Assembly: GCA_951406725.2 (NCBI GenBank)
Contig: OX597829.1
Span: 53,506,001 to 53,570,000 of the forward strand
DNA: 64,000 nt
Source: Octopus vulgaris
Lineage: Eukaryota
Direction of reading: 5' to 3'
In this document: positions 37,976 to 52,405 of the stretch, piece after piece
Position numbering within the stretch: position 1 is the first letter of the stretch
Layout: each line of letters opens with the position of its first letter
Position numbers and translations under genes: made by a program
Notes under the pieces: model-generated
The model's database searches: none
What the model saw: only the letters and a program-made list of their open reading frames with translations
Told to the model about the DNA's origin: nothing

Positions 37976-40151
37976 ATATAAATGACAAGCTTCTTTCAGT
38001 TTCTGTCTCCAAAATCCACATACAAGGCTTTGCTTGGTTCAAGGCTACTATAATGGATGCCATGCAGTAGAACTGAACCCAAAACCATATGGTTGGGAAG
38101 AAAACTTAGTACCACGTTGTTATATCTGTCAATTTTTGCAGAAACCTTGCATCATTTTCTCCTTATCTGGGATGGCTCTGTAAGTAATGCCATTTATGAT
38201 AAAGCCACATTTGCTTCCAACCACTCTGTATGCACATCTACATACACATATATGCATATACAAGCACATTTATACACATAAACACCCTGTTTTAATGAAG
38301 AAGAAAGAGAACTGAGGTGTAGGTAGCAAAAAAGGTTTTTTAATTTAAGAACTGATGATGAAAGATTGATGCAAAAGTCAAGAGAAGAGTAGTAGGTGGA
38401 ATCAGAAGTTTGGTATATAACATGAATGGAACAAAGGAAAATAAGAATTCAAGAAAGAATGTGGAAAGAATTCAGGTAAGGAAAGGTGAAAGAAAGAAAA
38501 CAGTAAGAGGAGAAAATGAGAGACAAAGGCAGCTAAAAAAAAAACTGTTTGAGGGTAAAGGTGCTTATATTCTTCCTTTAGAATGACTGAATTTAATTAA
38601 TCAGTAATTTATTTAACTAATTTATTTAACTAGTAAAAGAATCATTTGTATTCACAGTCAAAACAACCATAATGTAGCCATAGAAAGATATATTTACTTC
38701 CATTTAATATTTTGCAACAATAATAAAGTTATAAAATGCATATAACAATGAGTGTATGTGTGTGTGTACATGTGCACATGGGTCTATGTGAGTGTATGTG
38801 TGTGTGTACATGTGCACATGGGTCTATGTGAATGTATGTGTGTGTGTATGTGTAAGCATCTATGTATGTGCATGTGTCTGTGTGTATGTGTATGTGAATG
38901 TATGTGTGTTAGCGTGTGTGTGAGTAAATGTACATGTCAGTGTATGCGCATGTATGTGTGTGTGTGCATGTGAGTGTGTGTGTGTGTGTTTACAATTACA
39001 ATGTACCTATCCCATTGTAATTGTTTTTGTCCCAACGCATAATCTCAGACCCAAACTGCTTGCCAAACAAATACAATTCACGAAATAAAATAATTTGCGC
39101 GCAAACTTTAGGTTGAGTTACAGAAGTGAAAAAAATCTTTCTTTATCTTCTGCTCAATTCACCTCATGCAACTTATTTCAGATGCCAAAGCTACAATTAG
39201 GAAAAATATTTCTTCCTTGTTGCTGTTTAGGTGTAAAGCAAGCTGTTTTTCAACATTTAAGAACATACATAAACCAACCTCAGGCCAATCTACATATAGA
39301 ATACTTCCCCCACATATAAATAATGTTCTTTGAATGTCTCTAAAAATATTGGAGAGAATCCAAGTGAACAGTTCTTACATTGGAGGAAGTTTCTATTCTA
39401 CCAGACCAAATAGTGGCTTCTATTTCACCATTCAACATTCTCCTATTTTTTTTTTTTAATATCTAACAAAAATGGTATCCGCTTCCAGATGCCATTCTCT
39501 TTTATTTCACCTAACAACTATTTCAGTTATGCTAGTAATCAAATTGTAGCAAATACTGATGTTGTTTTTTTTTATTTTGTGGTTAGTAATTTCATTGTTT
39601 TTGTTGCTTTTTTGTTGTTGTTTTTTTTTCAAAGTGTTGTGATTTTATTAAACATTTTCAATAGAATAAAGAATGAGTGTTTATCTATTTCTCCTTAGTA
39701 TGACATTTACTCTAATTTTTATACAAATGTAATAAACTAGATTGGGTGAATAACAGTGAGCATATTTCTTTAAACTGATAATCTGTACTACATATCTACA
39801 TATATGTGTGTGTAAATACATGCACACATACATTATACATAACTAGAGATACATACACACATTATGTACATACACATACACACATAAATATCATCGAACG
39901 TGGCCGATGCCAGACCCCTCTGGCACCTGTGCAGGTGGCACGTAAAAAACACCCACTACACTCGCGGAGTGGTTGGCGTTAGGAAGGGCATCCAGCTGTA
40001 GAAACACTGCCAGACTAGACTGGAGCCTGGGGCAGTCCCGAGCTCCCCAGACCCCGGTCGAAACCGTCCAACCCGTGCTAGCACGGAAAACGGACGTTAA
40101 ACGATGATGATGATGATGATGATGATACATACATATATATGTATATATGTA

Positions 40152-41377
40152 TGAGGGAGGGTAAAAAATTATATGCACACTTGTTTTTTCAATGTATTTA
40201 CACAAAAACAGGGGATAAAAAAGTTGGTCATTTTTCTATATAGTCTCCTTCCTTTTCGATTCACTTGGTCCAGCGGTCCACAAGCTTACCTATTCCCTCC
40301 AAGAAGAAGGTTTCCAGTCGATCGTGCAACCATTTATGCAGTGCTTCTTTCACATCTTCATCCGTAGGAAATCGATGACCTCGTAAACTATCTTTGAGTG
40401 GTCCAAAGATATGATAGTCAGAAGGGGTGAGATCTGGGCTGTAGGCAGGGTGTTCCAGCACCTCAAAACTCAATTGGTTAATGGTATCAGTGGTCTGAGC
40501 AGCCATGTGGGCTTGCATTGTCATGCAACAACAAAACTTTCTTCAACAATAGGCTTCAGCGTTTGGTGCAAATTGCTGGCTTCACTTTGTTGGCCAGCAA
40601 AGCACTGTATCTTGCACTGTTGATCATACACCATTTTTCCAGGTAGTCTTCCAGTATAGGCCCTCTTGAGTCCCCCAAAAAGGGTTAGCATCACCTTTTC
40701 CATGAAGACTGCTTCTTGAATTTCTTAATTGCTGGCAAGCCAGGATGTTTCCATTCCACACTTTGTCTTTTGGATTCTGCCTCATATGATGACCCCCACC
40801 CCACGTTTCATCTCCTGTGACTATTCTGCTCAAAAATTCCTTGCCCTCATTGTTGTAGTGATTGAGTAAACATTGATAGACCTCAAGATATTTGCACTTG
40901 TGCTCTGCAGTAGGCTCTCTTGGCACCCATCTTGCACAAACTTTATGGAGGCCAAGCACATTGTGGCTGACTTCATAGGCAGAACCATGACTAATCTACA
41001 GAGAATGAGCTACCTCATCAATGTTAAGTTGCCGGTTCATCATTAACATCTCTCCAGCTTACTGAATCTTTTTGCCAGTGATGGAGTTGACGGGCACCCC
41101 CATATTGTACTAAAAGCCTCTGATGAATTTCAAGACCTGACACACCTCCCAATCAGAGAAATCAGATCACTGCTCTTTGTTCTTCTTTGGTGTATATTAC
41201 TAATGGGGTGGCCATGTTTACACTGTAAAGCCAGAAAGAAAAATGATGTGATCAGCCTCAAACTTTGACCACTTGACCACAATAGTACCAACTATAAGCA
41301 CACATATGCAGAAGGCAATGTGACAATAATAAAGATATGCTACGGCAAAAGTGTGGATAATTTTTCACTTCCCCTCG
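40152..41377 (-). mobile_element. Mariner DNA transposon, decayed
   Basis: TIRs TGAGGGAGGGTAAAAAATTAT / ATAATTTTTCACTTCCCCTCG with TA TSDs. Motifs include WVPRE, IVTGDETW and HPAYSPDLTPSDYHIF. Confidence 0.92.
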
Positions 41378-41723
41378 TATGTATATATATGTATGTATGC
41401 ACACATATATGTATGTATATGTATTTGCATACAAGTGTACATGCATACACACACACACACATACAGAAATATACAGAGAAATAATTTTTTCCTTATAAAT
41501 AAAAATATAAAGAAAAGAAAAAGTTTAAAATGCAATTTAAGAACATTTTTTTAATGAAAATTTACTTGACTAGTTTCACAAAGTTTTCTTTTTTGATTTA
41601 CAAAAGTAATGAAACATGGAGAATTTTATCACAGATGTTTTGTGTGGCAGTTCTTTTCTAGAAAATTTCTTAATACATTCATTCATCAAGGCCACCACCA
41701 CCACCACCACCATCATCATTGTG

Positions 41724-41758
<35 letters not shown>

Positions 41759-43364
41759 TATCATCATTATCATCATCAACATCATCGTCATCATCATTTA
41801 ACATCTGTCTTCCATGCTGGCTTGAGTTGGATGGTTTGATAGGAGCTAGCAATCCAGAGAACATTATGTTTTCGAATTTTAAGCATCAATATGCTGATGT
41901 CAAATGGTTCAGTAGGTGTTCTAATCAAAGCAAACTATTAGTCAATCCTTTGATGGTTTGAGTTCTTTATTTGGAATTCCACTTTTTTTGTTTGTCAAGA
42001 ATTATATTGAACATTTCCAAACAATGCACTAGTTTCAAATTTTAGTTAGGGACACATTGCATGTGCATGCAATATGCTGTTTTAATTTCAGGTAGCGAAA
42101 TGGCAGAATCATTAACACACTATATAAAGTGCTTAGCGCCATTTCTTCTGACTTTGTGATCTGAGTTCTGGGGGTGGTGTAATCAACTTACTTACTCCCC
42201 GCCAAATTCCTGACCTTGTGCCAAAATTTGAAACCGATACATAAAGCTTATTAAGTTGTAGTTTATATTTTTTAATAAACATGTTTTCTTCATTTCTTCA
42301 TATTTTATCTGTAATTTTATCAGAAGAAAGATAAGTGGGGAAGACTAAGAATTTCAGGGTATTCTTGGTTGCCCAAAGGTGTTCACTTGGAGGAATCTGA
42401 CTAATGTCAGGGTCCCATATTAGCTGCTGATGAATAGTAAGTGCAGTTCTCAAAGAAAGCTTTGCTTGTTCTATGTAATCTTCATTACAACCTTTACACC
42501 TAATAGAATAAATTAACTATTTTGGGATCACCATGCGAGAGATGGAGAGGGCCTTGAAGGCCACAGCAAGTCACAAAGCACAAATCTTGTATGGTATTCC
42601 TTGAGATGTGCTCAAAAAATTAGCAATGAGTTGTTGAAGCTATAAACACTTGCCATTCTAATAAGGACACCCTGATAATCACCATTTACAAAAATATCTT
42701 GATGAATAGGTGGAATTGAATTTTTTACAGTGAAGGTATGTCCTGATTTGAAATTCTTGTAGAAGGTAGATGCCAGTTTTGCAGCTGGAAAGCAATTTGG
42801 CTGTTCAGAAACTTCTTTGTTGCTTTTGTTTTCAATTGCTTTAAATACTTCAAGTGCACTTCTCATTGTTGAAACTTGCTTCAATAATGGGGTGTTTTTA
42901 TGGATAACATTATATGGTTCTGTTTTCGTACACAAAATATTTTAACAATTTTTTTAAATACAATTCCTAATAATATTTAATCATAAAGACAATACAATTT
43001 TTTTCAGCATAGAATGGGTCTGTGAGTTAGAGTGGCTGTTTCAACACATTTTCCTTGCAATCCTTCAGGGCAACACCTTTTCCATTTTGTCTGCTTGGAC
43101 CATGACGTTGTCTGAATTATAAGAAATTGTACATTCCACTCTTTGATGTAAAATTAATCCATTTAATAAATTAAAGTTAACTAAGAAAAAAAAAAGAGAA
43201 GTAAAATCACCTTGAAATATTGCAGATGGTCCTTTTATATTTTGTATACTTTTACTTAAAAGTTAAAAATAAAACACTCAAGGGCCCACCTGAGTAAAAC
43301 AGGAATCAAAGGGGTCATTAAGTCAAAAATGGTTTAGAACCACTAACGATTTAGAGTATTTACT

Positions 43365-43960
43365 GCACTGGAATTGTTTTTTGTTCTTTGTAATTCTCGA
43401 ATGTCCATTGCTTTGGCACATTCTATTCCATTATCAATTAACATTGTTAGGTATTGTCCATTAAGTAGTATTTGTTTTAGTTCTTGGAGTCTTTTATTCC
43501 TCCTTTCCAGATTCGAAACAATTGAACATATTCTTGTTAGATTTAATGGTGTATTTATTTTGGTGTGTTTTGGGTGGCATGAAGTGTATAGTAAGTATTG
43601 TTTGGAATTTGTTGGTTTGTTGTGAATGTCAGTTTCAATGTTTGAGTCTTTTGGTGATTACAATTTCCAGGAAAGATATTTGATTGTGACTGTATTCCAT
43701 TGTCAAATGTACACTGTTCTTTATCTTATTAATTAGGGTTTCAAAATCATTAATTAGAATAAGATAGTCATCTAAGTAACGTTTCTAAGTTTGTAATAGC
43801 TATTTATGGAAGTCGATACCATACATTAGTTGAGACTGTTCATTCATTTAAATCTCTAGGAATTCCATGACTAAATTCAGATAAGTATATACTAGACTAC
43901 TATGTTTGATGTTGTCCAAATTCTAATAAAAGAGTTGTTTCTTGGCTAGAAACTAGCTCT
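43365..43960 (-). pseudogene. PLE reverse transcriptase remnant
   Basis: KRYLDDYLIL...ISFLEI...TDIHNKPTNSKQYLLYTSCHPKHTK, the PLE RT catalytic motif and thumb, with stops and frameshifts. Confidence 0.85.
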
Positions 43961-44317
43961 ATCTCTATTGGTGAGAAATGTGAAGAATAAAATCAAGAAC
44001 AAACATACAAACACACACATACACACTCACACACATACACATACATACATACATACATACAGGCACACATAAATACATAATACATACATGAATTCATATT
44101 TAATGTCCTCCTTCCATGCTGTCGTCGGTTGGATGGCTTGAAAAGAGTTGAGGAACCCGAGATCTGAGATCTGCACCAAGCTCTACCGTCTGCTTTGGTG
44201 GGGTTTCTACAGCTGGAAGCCTTTACAGAGTGTACTGCATGGTTTTTATGTAGCATTATCACCAATACTCATATATATCATCATCATCATCATCGTCGTT
44301 TAGCGTCCGTTATAAAC

Positions 44318-44362
<45 letters not shown>

Positions 44363-44437
44363 CAGTGTGGAAGGTGTTTATAAGCCATTTAAGAAACACA
44401 CAAAAGTCGTTCGATTCACTTCAACATTTAAGTTAAA

Positions 44438-44487
44438 TTTGTCAAAATATTTTCGTCGCTAAAATCCGCGACCTGTTCACTGACAAA
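44438..44487 (-). ncRNA. Hammerhead motif with G3-C8 core (mirror copy)
   Basis: Reverse complement of 44953-45002. Confidence 0.65.
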
Positions 44488-44952
44488 AATCCATGCTGCA
44501 TCTGAGAAAGTAATAGTTAGTTTGTCATATATATGTACGTATGTATGTGTGTATGTATGTATGCATACGTGCACGTATACATACATACATACATATGCAC
44601 ATACATACATACATACATACGCACAATAGTAAAACAAAAGTTCTGTGATATAGAGATAAATATCTGATAATATGTTTTAGGGTATAGTTTTGGGAGTAAG
44701 GGTCATAAATCACTTCCAGGCTTCGGCGGGAGAAGTTGAAATTTGATATTATTGTGATGATAATACATCTATCCATCGCTACAGGTTTATAGCTTTATGT
44801 TTATAGTGTGTATGTGCGTGCATATACACACACATACATATATACATACATGCATACATACATACACACACACATGTATGCATACATACACACATACATA
44901 CGTACATATATATGACGAACTAACTATTACTTTCTCAGATGCAGCATGGATT

Positions 44953-45002
44953 TTTGTCAGTGAACAGGTCGCGGATTTTAGCGACGAAAATATTTTGACA
45001 AA
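44953..45002 (+). ncRNA. Minimal type-I hammerhead motif with G3-C8 core variant
   Basis: TTTGTCA-GTGAACA-G-GTCGC-GGATTTTA-GCGAC-GAAA-ATAT-T-T-TGACAAA. Confidence 0.68.
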
Positions 45003-45140
45003 TTAAACTTAAATGTTGAAGTGAATCGAACGGCTTTTGTGTGTTTCTTAAATGGCTTATAAACACCTTCCACGCTGCAATTGATTTCGTTTCAGCACAC
45101 GATCTCAGATCAAATTACTTGCTATGCGAGTACATCTCCG

Positions 45141-45216
<76 letters not shown>

Positions 45217-45479
45217 GGGGAGGGAGAGATGAACAACTTTATTCAAATTTTGTGCAAACTGGATTCTGCAAAGCTGACTGGAAATTGGTTCAAAGAGAAA
45301 TACTCACACAAAATTGGTTCAAAAGTTTCTTTGAGCAAATCGTTAACTGGAAACTCAAAGAATTTATGCCAATAATGCAAGCTATACGCATCAAATTTGT
45401 CCCTTAGAGAAGGGCCAATATGCACAACATTGTTCCTCATGATGTGAGAGTCCTTATGAAACAAAGAGTAAAGATCTCA

Positions 45480-47005
45480 AATCATTTAATCAAGCAACTT
45501 AATGGCAGCAAGAAGTCTTACCTGAAATAGGCACCTTTATAAGAGCAAAAATGCACTCAGACTCTCCCATAAAGAAGAAAAGGGAGAAAGAGAAATGAGG
45601 GCAGTTGAAAATATAAAAAATACTCTAAAGCATTCTACAAAATTGTAAAAGAATCTACCTTGGTGTGCTACAAGATATGGCCACTGATTGAAGAAAATAT
45701 CTCACTGACTGCAGACTGTGTGGAGAAGTGAAATACTAAATAAACAATTCCAAAGTATTTTCATTTTCTAACTGGAAGAAATGGAAATAAGCAAGGCAGA
45801 TGAATTCTTCAACACTACAGATCTACACAAGAAAGTGGCAACCATCAATTACATCAACACAAAAGCAGAACTTGTAATATCAACCATTGAGAAGATAAAC
45901 TTGAATTCATCAGCAGTCCCCAATGTTTTTCTGGTTATTTTTTTAAAGCCATGCAAAAAAAAAGCTCTCACAAAATCTCTGTGGATACTTTCCCAAAGCT
46001 TTCTCACATATAGCAAACTTCTAAAATTGTTCAAAAGAAAGAGCAAAGCAGACACTGAGAGTTACAGGCTACCAGACCTCACATGTCTGCAAAGTCAGGA
46101 AACACATTGTCAGAAAGAAGCTGATTATGTGTCTAGAAGAAAATGACTTCTTCACTACCACACAGCATGGCCTCTGTTGGTGGGGAGCTGCCTTGAACAA
46201 CTATTAGAGTTTTATGACTGGGTATTAAAACAACAGTTTAATTGTTCATAAGTGGAAATGACATATTTCAACTTTGTTAAGGCTTTCAACAAAGTTGATC
46301 ACAAACTGTATTACTTTGGTATTGCTGGAAAACTTGGGGAGTAGCTGCACAATGTTTTAGGTGACAGGAGTCAGACAGGTGCAGCCAATGGTACTCTTTC
46401 TGAGGAGACATCAATACTAAGTGGAGTGCCTCTTATTCTGGTGGCTCTCTTTCAGACATACCATCAGTTATAAAGTCAACTACTCTCACCAGCTATGCTG
46501 ATGGTACCTGAAAACTAGAAAAATCTGAATACAAAATACAACTGGGCTGAAGAAAGCAATATGCAGTACAATGCTGACAAGTTTCAAGCACTCTGCCACC
46601 AGCCCAAAAACTGGCTGCAATCAGAATACACAAAACCAATGGATATTGCAATACCAGGGTCAGCATTGGTACATGACCTGGGAATCCGCATGAGTTGTGA
46701 TGCATCATTCCATGTGCATATTACTAAGATAGCTACAATGTGTTGGCAACGGACTAGTTGAATTCTAAGATCATCCAGAATACGAATTAAGGAAGCCACG
46801 TTGCTCCTATGGAGAACATTTGCATTCATTTACCTGGATATTTGCTCCCCAGTTATGATCACTGAAAAGTGTGAAATTAACAGCAGGATTTGAAGCATTC
46901 CAATGCCACTATACATAGAAGATTGCTTTGGTGAGTTATTGGAGAGGTTTAAAGAACTGAGGTTCTACTCCTTCGTGGTAAAACACAAAAGATATGCTGT
47001 GCTCT
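45480..47005 (+). mobile_element. CR1-clade LINE RT remnant
   Basis: SYRL, QHG...SCLEQLL, FVKAFNKVDH, SGVP, TSYADGT and NMQYNADKFQAL, with many stops. Confidence 0.8.
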
Positions 47006-47288
47006 ATATCATCATCATCATCATCATCATCATTATCATCACCATCATCCTTAAATGTCTGTTTTCCACACTGGTATGGGCTGGATGGTTTGACCAGAGA
47101 GTCTAATTTGGTTTGGCTTATACAGCTGGATGCACTTCCTAATACCAACCACTTTACACGATGTTTCCAGGGGCTAAATAACTGTAACAATCGTCCTAGC
47201 CAGGACTGCCACATTATGTTGGCAAATGATCTTTACTCTAGAGTACTGTTACTGAATGTCTCTTGTTCAGAGATTTGGAAATAATAAG

Positions 47289-47329
<41 letters not shown>

Positions 47330-47332
<3 letters not shown>

Positions 47333-49061
47333 GACAACTTGTTGAGGACTACTGACCAAATATGTGGATGGTGCAAAGTCCTCTCTTGACCCAAGGTAAT
47401 GTGGTGGTGGAACAATGTGGTTGACAGGGCCATTAGGGAAAAGAAACAGGATTGGAAGGACTGGAAGAACGGTGGTGGCAGGGAATTGTATCACACTGCA
47501 AGAAGGGAAGCCAGGAGACAGGCTTATTTAGCCGGAGGGGAAGCAGATAAGAAAAAATTTACCAATGTTCTGCATCATGAGGACCAAAGACATGAGGTGT
47601 TTCGTGTTGCAAGACTGCGTGAGAGAGAATCGTGATGTCATAGGAGAGAAATGTGTTCGCATGGATGATGGTTCACTTGCGCTGAATGAGGATGCAAAGA
47701 GAGAGGTTTGGCGATGCCACTATGAAAGGTTGCTAAATGAAGAGAATGAATAGGAGAAAGAGAGTCTGCTGAATGTCGACCCAACAGAGGGACCAGCTAT
47801 CTGAATTGACAGTAACTTGGTAGATAAAGCAATTAAGAGTAAGAAAACAGGGAAAGCCCCTGGCCCATCAGGAATCACCACAGAGGTGCTTAAAAAAATC
47901 TGGTGATGTTGGCTATAGTCTAGTCACCTGTATAGTCAATCAGATGATACATGAAGGAGTCATACCCAATGACAGGTGTAGCAGTACCATAGTCAACTGC
48001 TACAAAGGTAAAGGTGAGGCTTTAGATACAAATAATTACAGAGGTATCAAGTTATTGGATCAGGTAATGAAAGTTACAGAGAGGGTCATAGCCCAACTAA
48101 TCAGAGAGAGAGTCAGTCAGTCTAGATGAGATGCAGTTAGAGTTTGTGCCAGGGAAAAGCACCACTGATGCTATATTTCTGGTAAGGCAGCTGCAGGAGC
48201 AATACCTAGCCAAAGATAAACCTCTCTACCTGGCTTTCATTGACATGGAGAAAGCCTTTGACAAGGTCCCCTCTCCGATCCCTTATCTGGTGATCAATGA
48301 GGAAACTAGGGATAGATGAATGGTTAGTGAGAGCTGTGCAAGCCATGTACAGGGATGCTGTCAGTAAGGTGGGGGTTGGCAATGAGTACAGTGAAGAATT
48401 CTGGGTAGGGGTAGGGGTCAACCAAGGATCAGTCCTCAGCCCCCTTTTATTCATCATAGACCTCCAGGCAATAACAGAGGAATTCAAAACAAGATGCCTC
48501 TGGGAGCTCCTCTACACTGATGACCTTGCTCTAATTGCTGAGTCACTATCAGAACTAGAGGAGAAGTTTCAGGTGTGGAGGCAAGGTCTAGAATCGAAAG
48601 GCCTTAGAGTCAACCTAGCTAAAACCAAAGTCTTAATAAGAAGGAAGGCAGGCAAACCACAAATCTCTTCAGGTTGATGGCCCTGCTCGATCTGCTGAAA
48701 AGACGTAGGCAGAAATTCCATAAGATGTACCCAGTGTAAGCTATGGGCACGTAAGAGGTGCAGCAATATCAAAGGAAGGCTAACTGGGAAGATAGTTTTT
48801 GTGTGTATTCCAGGGAGAAAAGCTAGATGTAGTTGATAGCTTCCATTACCAAGGTGATCAAGTCAGTAGCAGGGGTGGATGCTCTGAAAGCATAGCTACT
48901 AGAATAAGAATAGCCTGGGCAAAGTTCAGAGAGCTCCTACCTCTGCTGGTGACAAAGGGCCTCTTACTCAGAGTAAAAGGTAGACTGTATGATGCATGGG
49001 TGCGAAAAGCCATGCTACATGTCAGTGAAACATGGGCCATGACTGCTGAAGACATGCGTAG
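47330..49061 (+). mobile_element. RTE-clade LINE RT remnant (same family as 17687)
   Basis: NYRGIKLL, STTDAIF, FIDMEKAFD, QGSVLSPLLF, LLYTDDL and a Cys-rich insert, with stops and frameshifts. Confidence 0.93.
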
Positions 49062-49219
49062 CATATCAATAAGACATGTGTTTGGTTTCTTTCTTTTCCT
49101 GATGAGAAGAATGCATTTTGTTTTATACTATTTTAATACTTCTGGAATAATACCGATGTTTTCTTCTAAACATATGTCTGAAGTAAAAAAATTTGAATAA
49201 CATCTGTGTTTAACTCCAT

Positions 49220-49594
<375 letters not shown>

Positions 49595-49995
49595 GGGGCA
49601 GGAGTGGTTGTGTGGTAAGTAGCTTGCTTACCATCTACATGGCTCTGGGTTCAGTCCCACTGCATGGCACCTTGGGTAAGTGTCTTCTACTATAGCCTCA
49701 AGCTGACCAAAGCATTGTGAGTGGATTTGGTAGACAGAAACTGAAAGAAGCCCATCACATATATATACATGTATATGTATGTATATGTTTGTGCGTCTGT
49801 GTTTGTACTCCCACAATCGCTTGAAAACCGATGTTGGTGTGTTTACATCTCCATAACTCAGCGGTTTGGCAAAAGAGACCAATAGAATAAGTACTAGGCT
49901 TACAAAGAATAAGTCCTGGGTCCATTTGTTTGACTAAAGGTGGTGCTCCAGCATGGCTGCAGTCAAATGATGACTAAAACAAATAAGAGTTAAAG
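49595..49995 (+). mobile_element. SINE family A copy
   Basis: Full-length diverged match. Confidence 0.85.
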
Positions 49996-50360
49996 GGTGT
50001 GTGTATATATATATATACACATACATACATATTTATAAATATGTATGTGTTCATATATATATACACACACACACACATCTATGACAGGTATATATGTGTG
50101 TGTGTGTGTTTAATGAACAATTGACAGAAGTTTCAAAGTGGCTCAAGGGCCAAGAGTTTCATGCGTTGGACTTATCAGATTGCTAAGTGCTAACGCACAA
50201 AACTTTTCCCCCTCCAGTCATTGTGGGACTTCTGTGGGAATTATGAATAAAAAAAAAACAACACACACATATAGCCATGTTTTGAGTACTATTTTCCTGT
50301 GTACCTCATCAAACCTCTGTGTGTGCACATAGATATACACACGCACACATATATAGTGTT

Positions 50361-50657
50361 TAGGCGCAATGGCCCAGTGGTTAGGGCAGCGGACTGGCGG
50401 TCGTAGGATCACGGTTTCGATTCCTAGACCGGGCGTTGTGAGTGTTTATTGAGCGAAAATACCTAAAAAGCTCCACGAGGCTCCGGTAGGGGGTGGTGAT
50501 CCCTGCTGTACTCTTTCACCACACTTTCTCTCACTCTTTCTGCTGTTGGCCTGCTCGCTTAGCCAGCGAGGTGGCGTCATTCAAAGGCTAAAACAATGCG
50601 AACGCATTGTGACCAGCGATGTGTAACAATATCTGATGGTCTGGTCGGTCACGTGAT

Positions 50658-50665
<8 letters not shown>
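50361..50665 (+). mobile_element. tRNA-derived SINE family C, tail 2
   Basis: Head AGGCGCAATGGCCCAGTGGTTAGGGCAGCGG...GGTTTCGATTCC is shared with 54941; the tail ends GTCACGTGATCACGTGA. Confidence 0.8.
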
Positions 50666-50696
<31 letters not shown>

Positions 50697-50747
50697 AACC
50701 CATGCTAGCATGGAAAACGGACGCTAACGATGATGATATATATATAT

Positions 50748-51500
50748 AGGCGCAGGAGTGGCTGTGTGGTACCAACCACATGGTTCCGGGTTCAGTCCCA
50801 CTGTGTGACATCTTGGGCAAGTGTCTTCTGCTATAGCCCCGGGCCGACCAATGCCTTGTGAGTGGATTTGGTAGACGGAAACTGAAAGAAGCCTGTCGTA
50901 TATATGTATGTGTGTTTGTGTGTCTGTGTTTGTCCCCCTAGCATTGCTTGACAACCGATGCTGGTGTGTTTACGTCCCCGTCACTTAGCGGTTCGGCAAA
51001 AAGAGACCGATAGAATAAGTCCCGGGGTCGATTTGCTCGACTAAAGGCGGTGCTCCAGCATGGCCGCAGTCAAATGACTGAAACAAGTAAAAGAGAGAAA
51101 GAAAGATGTATGTGTATATATATAAATACATATATAATATATATATGTGTGTGTGTGTGTGTGTGTACGTATGCGTGGCATCTTTGGCAAGTGTCTTCTG
51201 CTATAGCCCCGGGCCGACCAATGCCTTGTGAGTGGATTTGGTAGACGGAAACTGAAAGAAGCCTGTCGTATATATGTATACATATATATATATATGTGTG
51301 TGTTTGTCCCCTTAGCATTGCTTGACAACCGATGCTGGCGTGTTTACGTCCCCGTCAGTTAGCGGTTCGGCAAAAAAAGAGACCGATAGAATAAGTACTG
51401 AGTTTACAAAGAATATGTCCCGGGGTCGATTTGCTCGACTAAAGGCAGTGCTCCAGCATGGCCGCAGTCAAATGACTGAAACAAGTAAAAGAGTAAAGAG
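50748..51500 (+). mobile_element. Two tandem SINE family A copies
   Basis: 50748-51095 and a 5'-truncated copy at 51172-51500. Confidence 0.85.
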
Positions 51501-52284
51501 TATGTGTGTGTGTGTGTATATATATATATGACAGTATATACATTTCATTCAAACATATATATACGTGCACATGCACAGACGCAATAACAACACATTATCT
51601 AGTTTGTTTTTGGTTTTGTCTTTAAATAATTGTGCTTTAATCCGTGTAATTAAGATATATTAATTTCTTTATGTCCGTTATTTATATTGCGCTTATAACA
51701 TCAAATATAGGGTTAAAAAAAACAAAACAAGTACTTCATTTAAAAAAAAAAAAAAACTAAATATGTATTTAAGAAAATATAAATATAAATATAAATAATA
51801 AAATTAATTCCACGTTTATATTTGTTTCCTGAATACATTAGCGGTACCAGGAAAGTAAATCTAACCATTTATGAAATTTTGGTCTTCCATACTAAACTGT
51901 AGATATTCTTGTAATCAGACGTTGTAATGGAAAAATCCCAGCTTTGTGGAACTTTCTAATAACCGCTTCTTCGCTCTCATAATCACTTGATTTTTGTTAA
52001 GTTGCTATCTTTATTATTTGTTTTAATTGTTCTACATATTTTATTCCATTAAAGAAAAAGTCCCATTTTCGAAGTCTTTCGCATTTGCACTTGCTTTGAC
52101 TATTTAAATCGTTTTTTTACCTTTTACACATTTTCATTTTCTTTATAAAATCATCCTTTAGATTTCAATCGCTTTGTTCTCTCTCCCTCTCTTTATCTCT
52201 TTCTCCCTCTCTCTGTATACACACATATACAGGAGAAATTCTAGTCTACTGCATGTACTGTTTTGCTGGTTTTTATATAATTAA

Positions 52285-52405
52285 AAACGTGAGTAATATA
52301 ATGACGCACGTGGACGTGCGCGCGTGCTTACGTAAATGTGTATATTTCGCTATTAAAGAAGAATCGGAAAACAAGACGATTCGTAAATTTTCGTGAGGTA
52401 AATCT
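52285..52405. promoter_or_regulatory. Candidate promoter (CpG-dense motif cluster)
   Basis: TGACGCACGTGGACGTGCGCGCGTGCTTACGTAA contains CRE-half, E-box, NRF1-like and TTACGTAA bZIP motifs, in a repeat-poor 1 kb. A donor-like GAG|GTAAAT lies at 52398. Confidence 0.35.

Larger units (their letters stand above)
44359..45142. mobile_element. Inverted pair of hammerhead-bearing pLTR-like units (arms about 44359-44555 and 44885-45081)
   Basis: Near-identical reverse-complement arms of about 200 bp in (TA)n; the right copy extends a further 60 nt. Confidence 0.88.

Noticed and set aside
39280-39530. Minus-strand coding exon candidate
   Set aside because: All three frames contain stops; it could only be UTR or non-coding.
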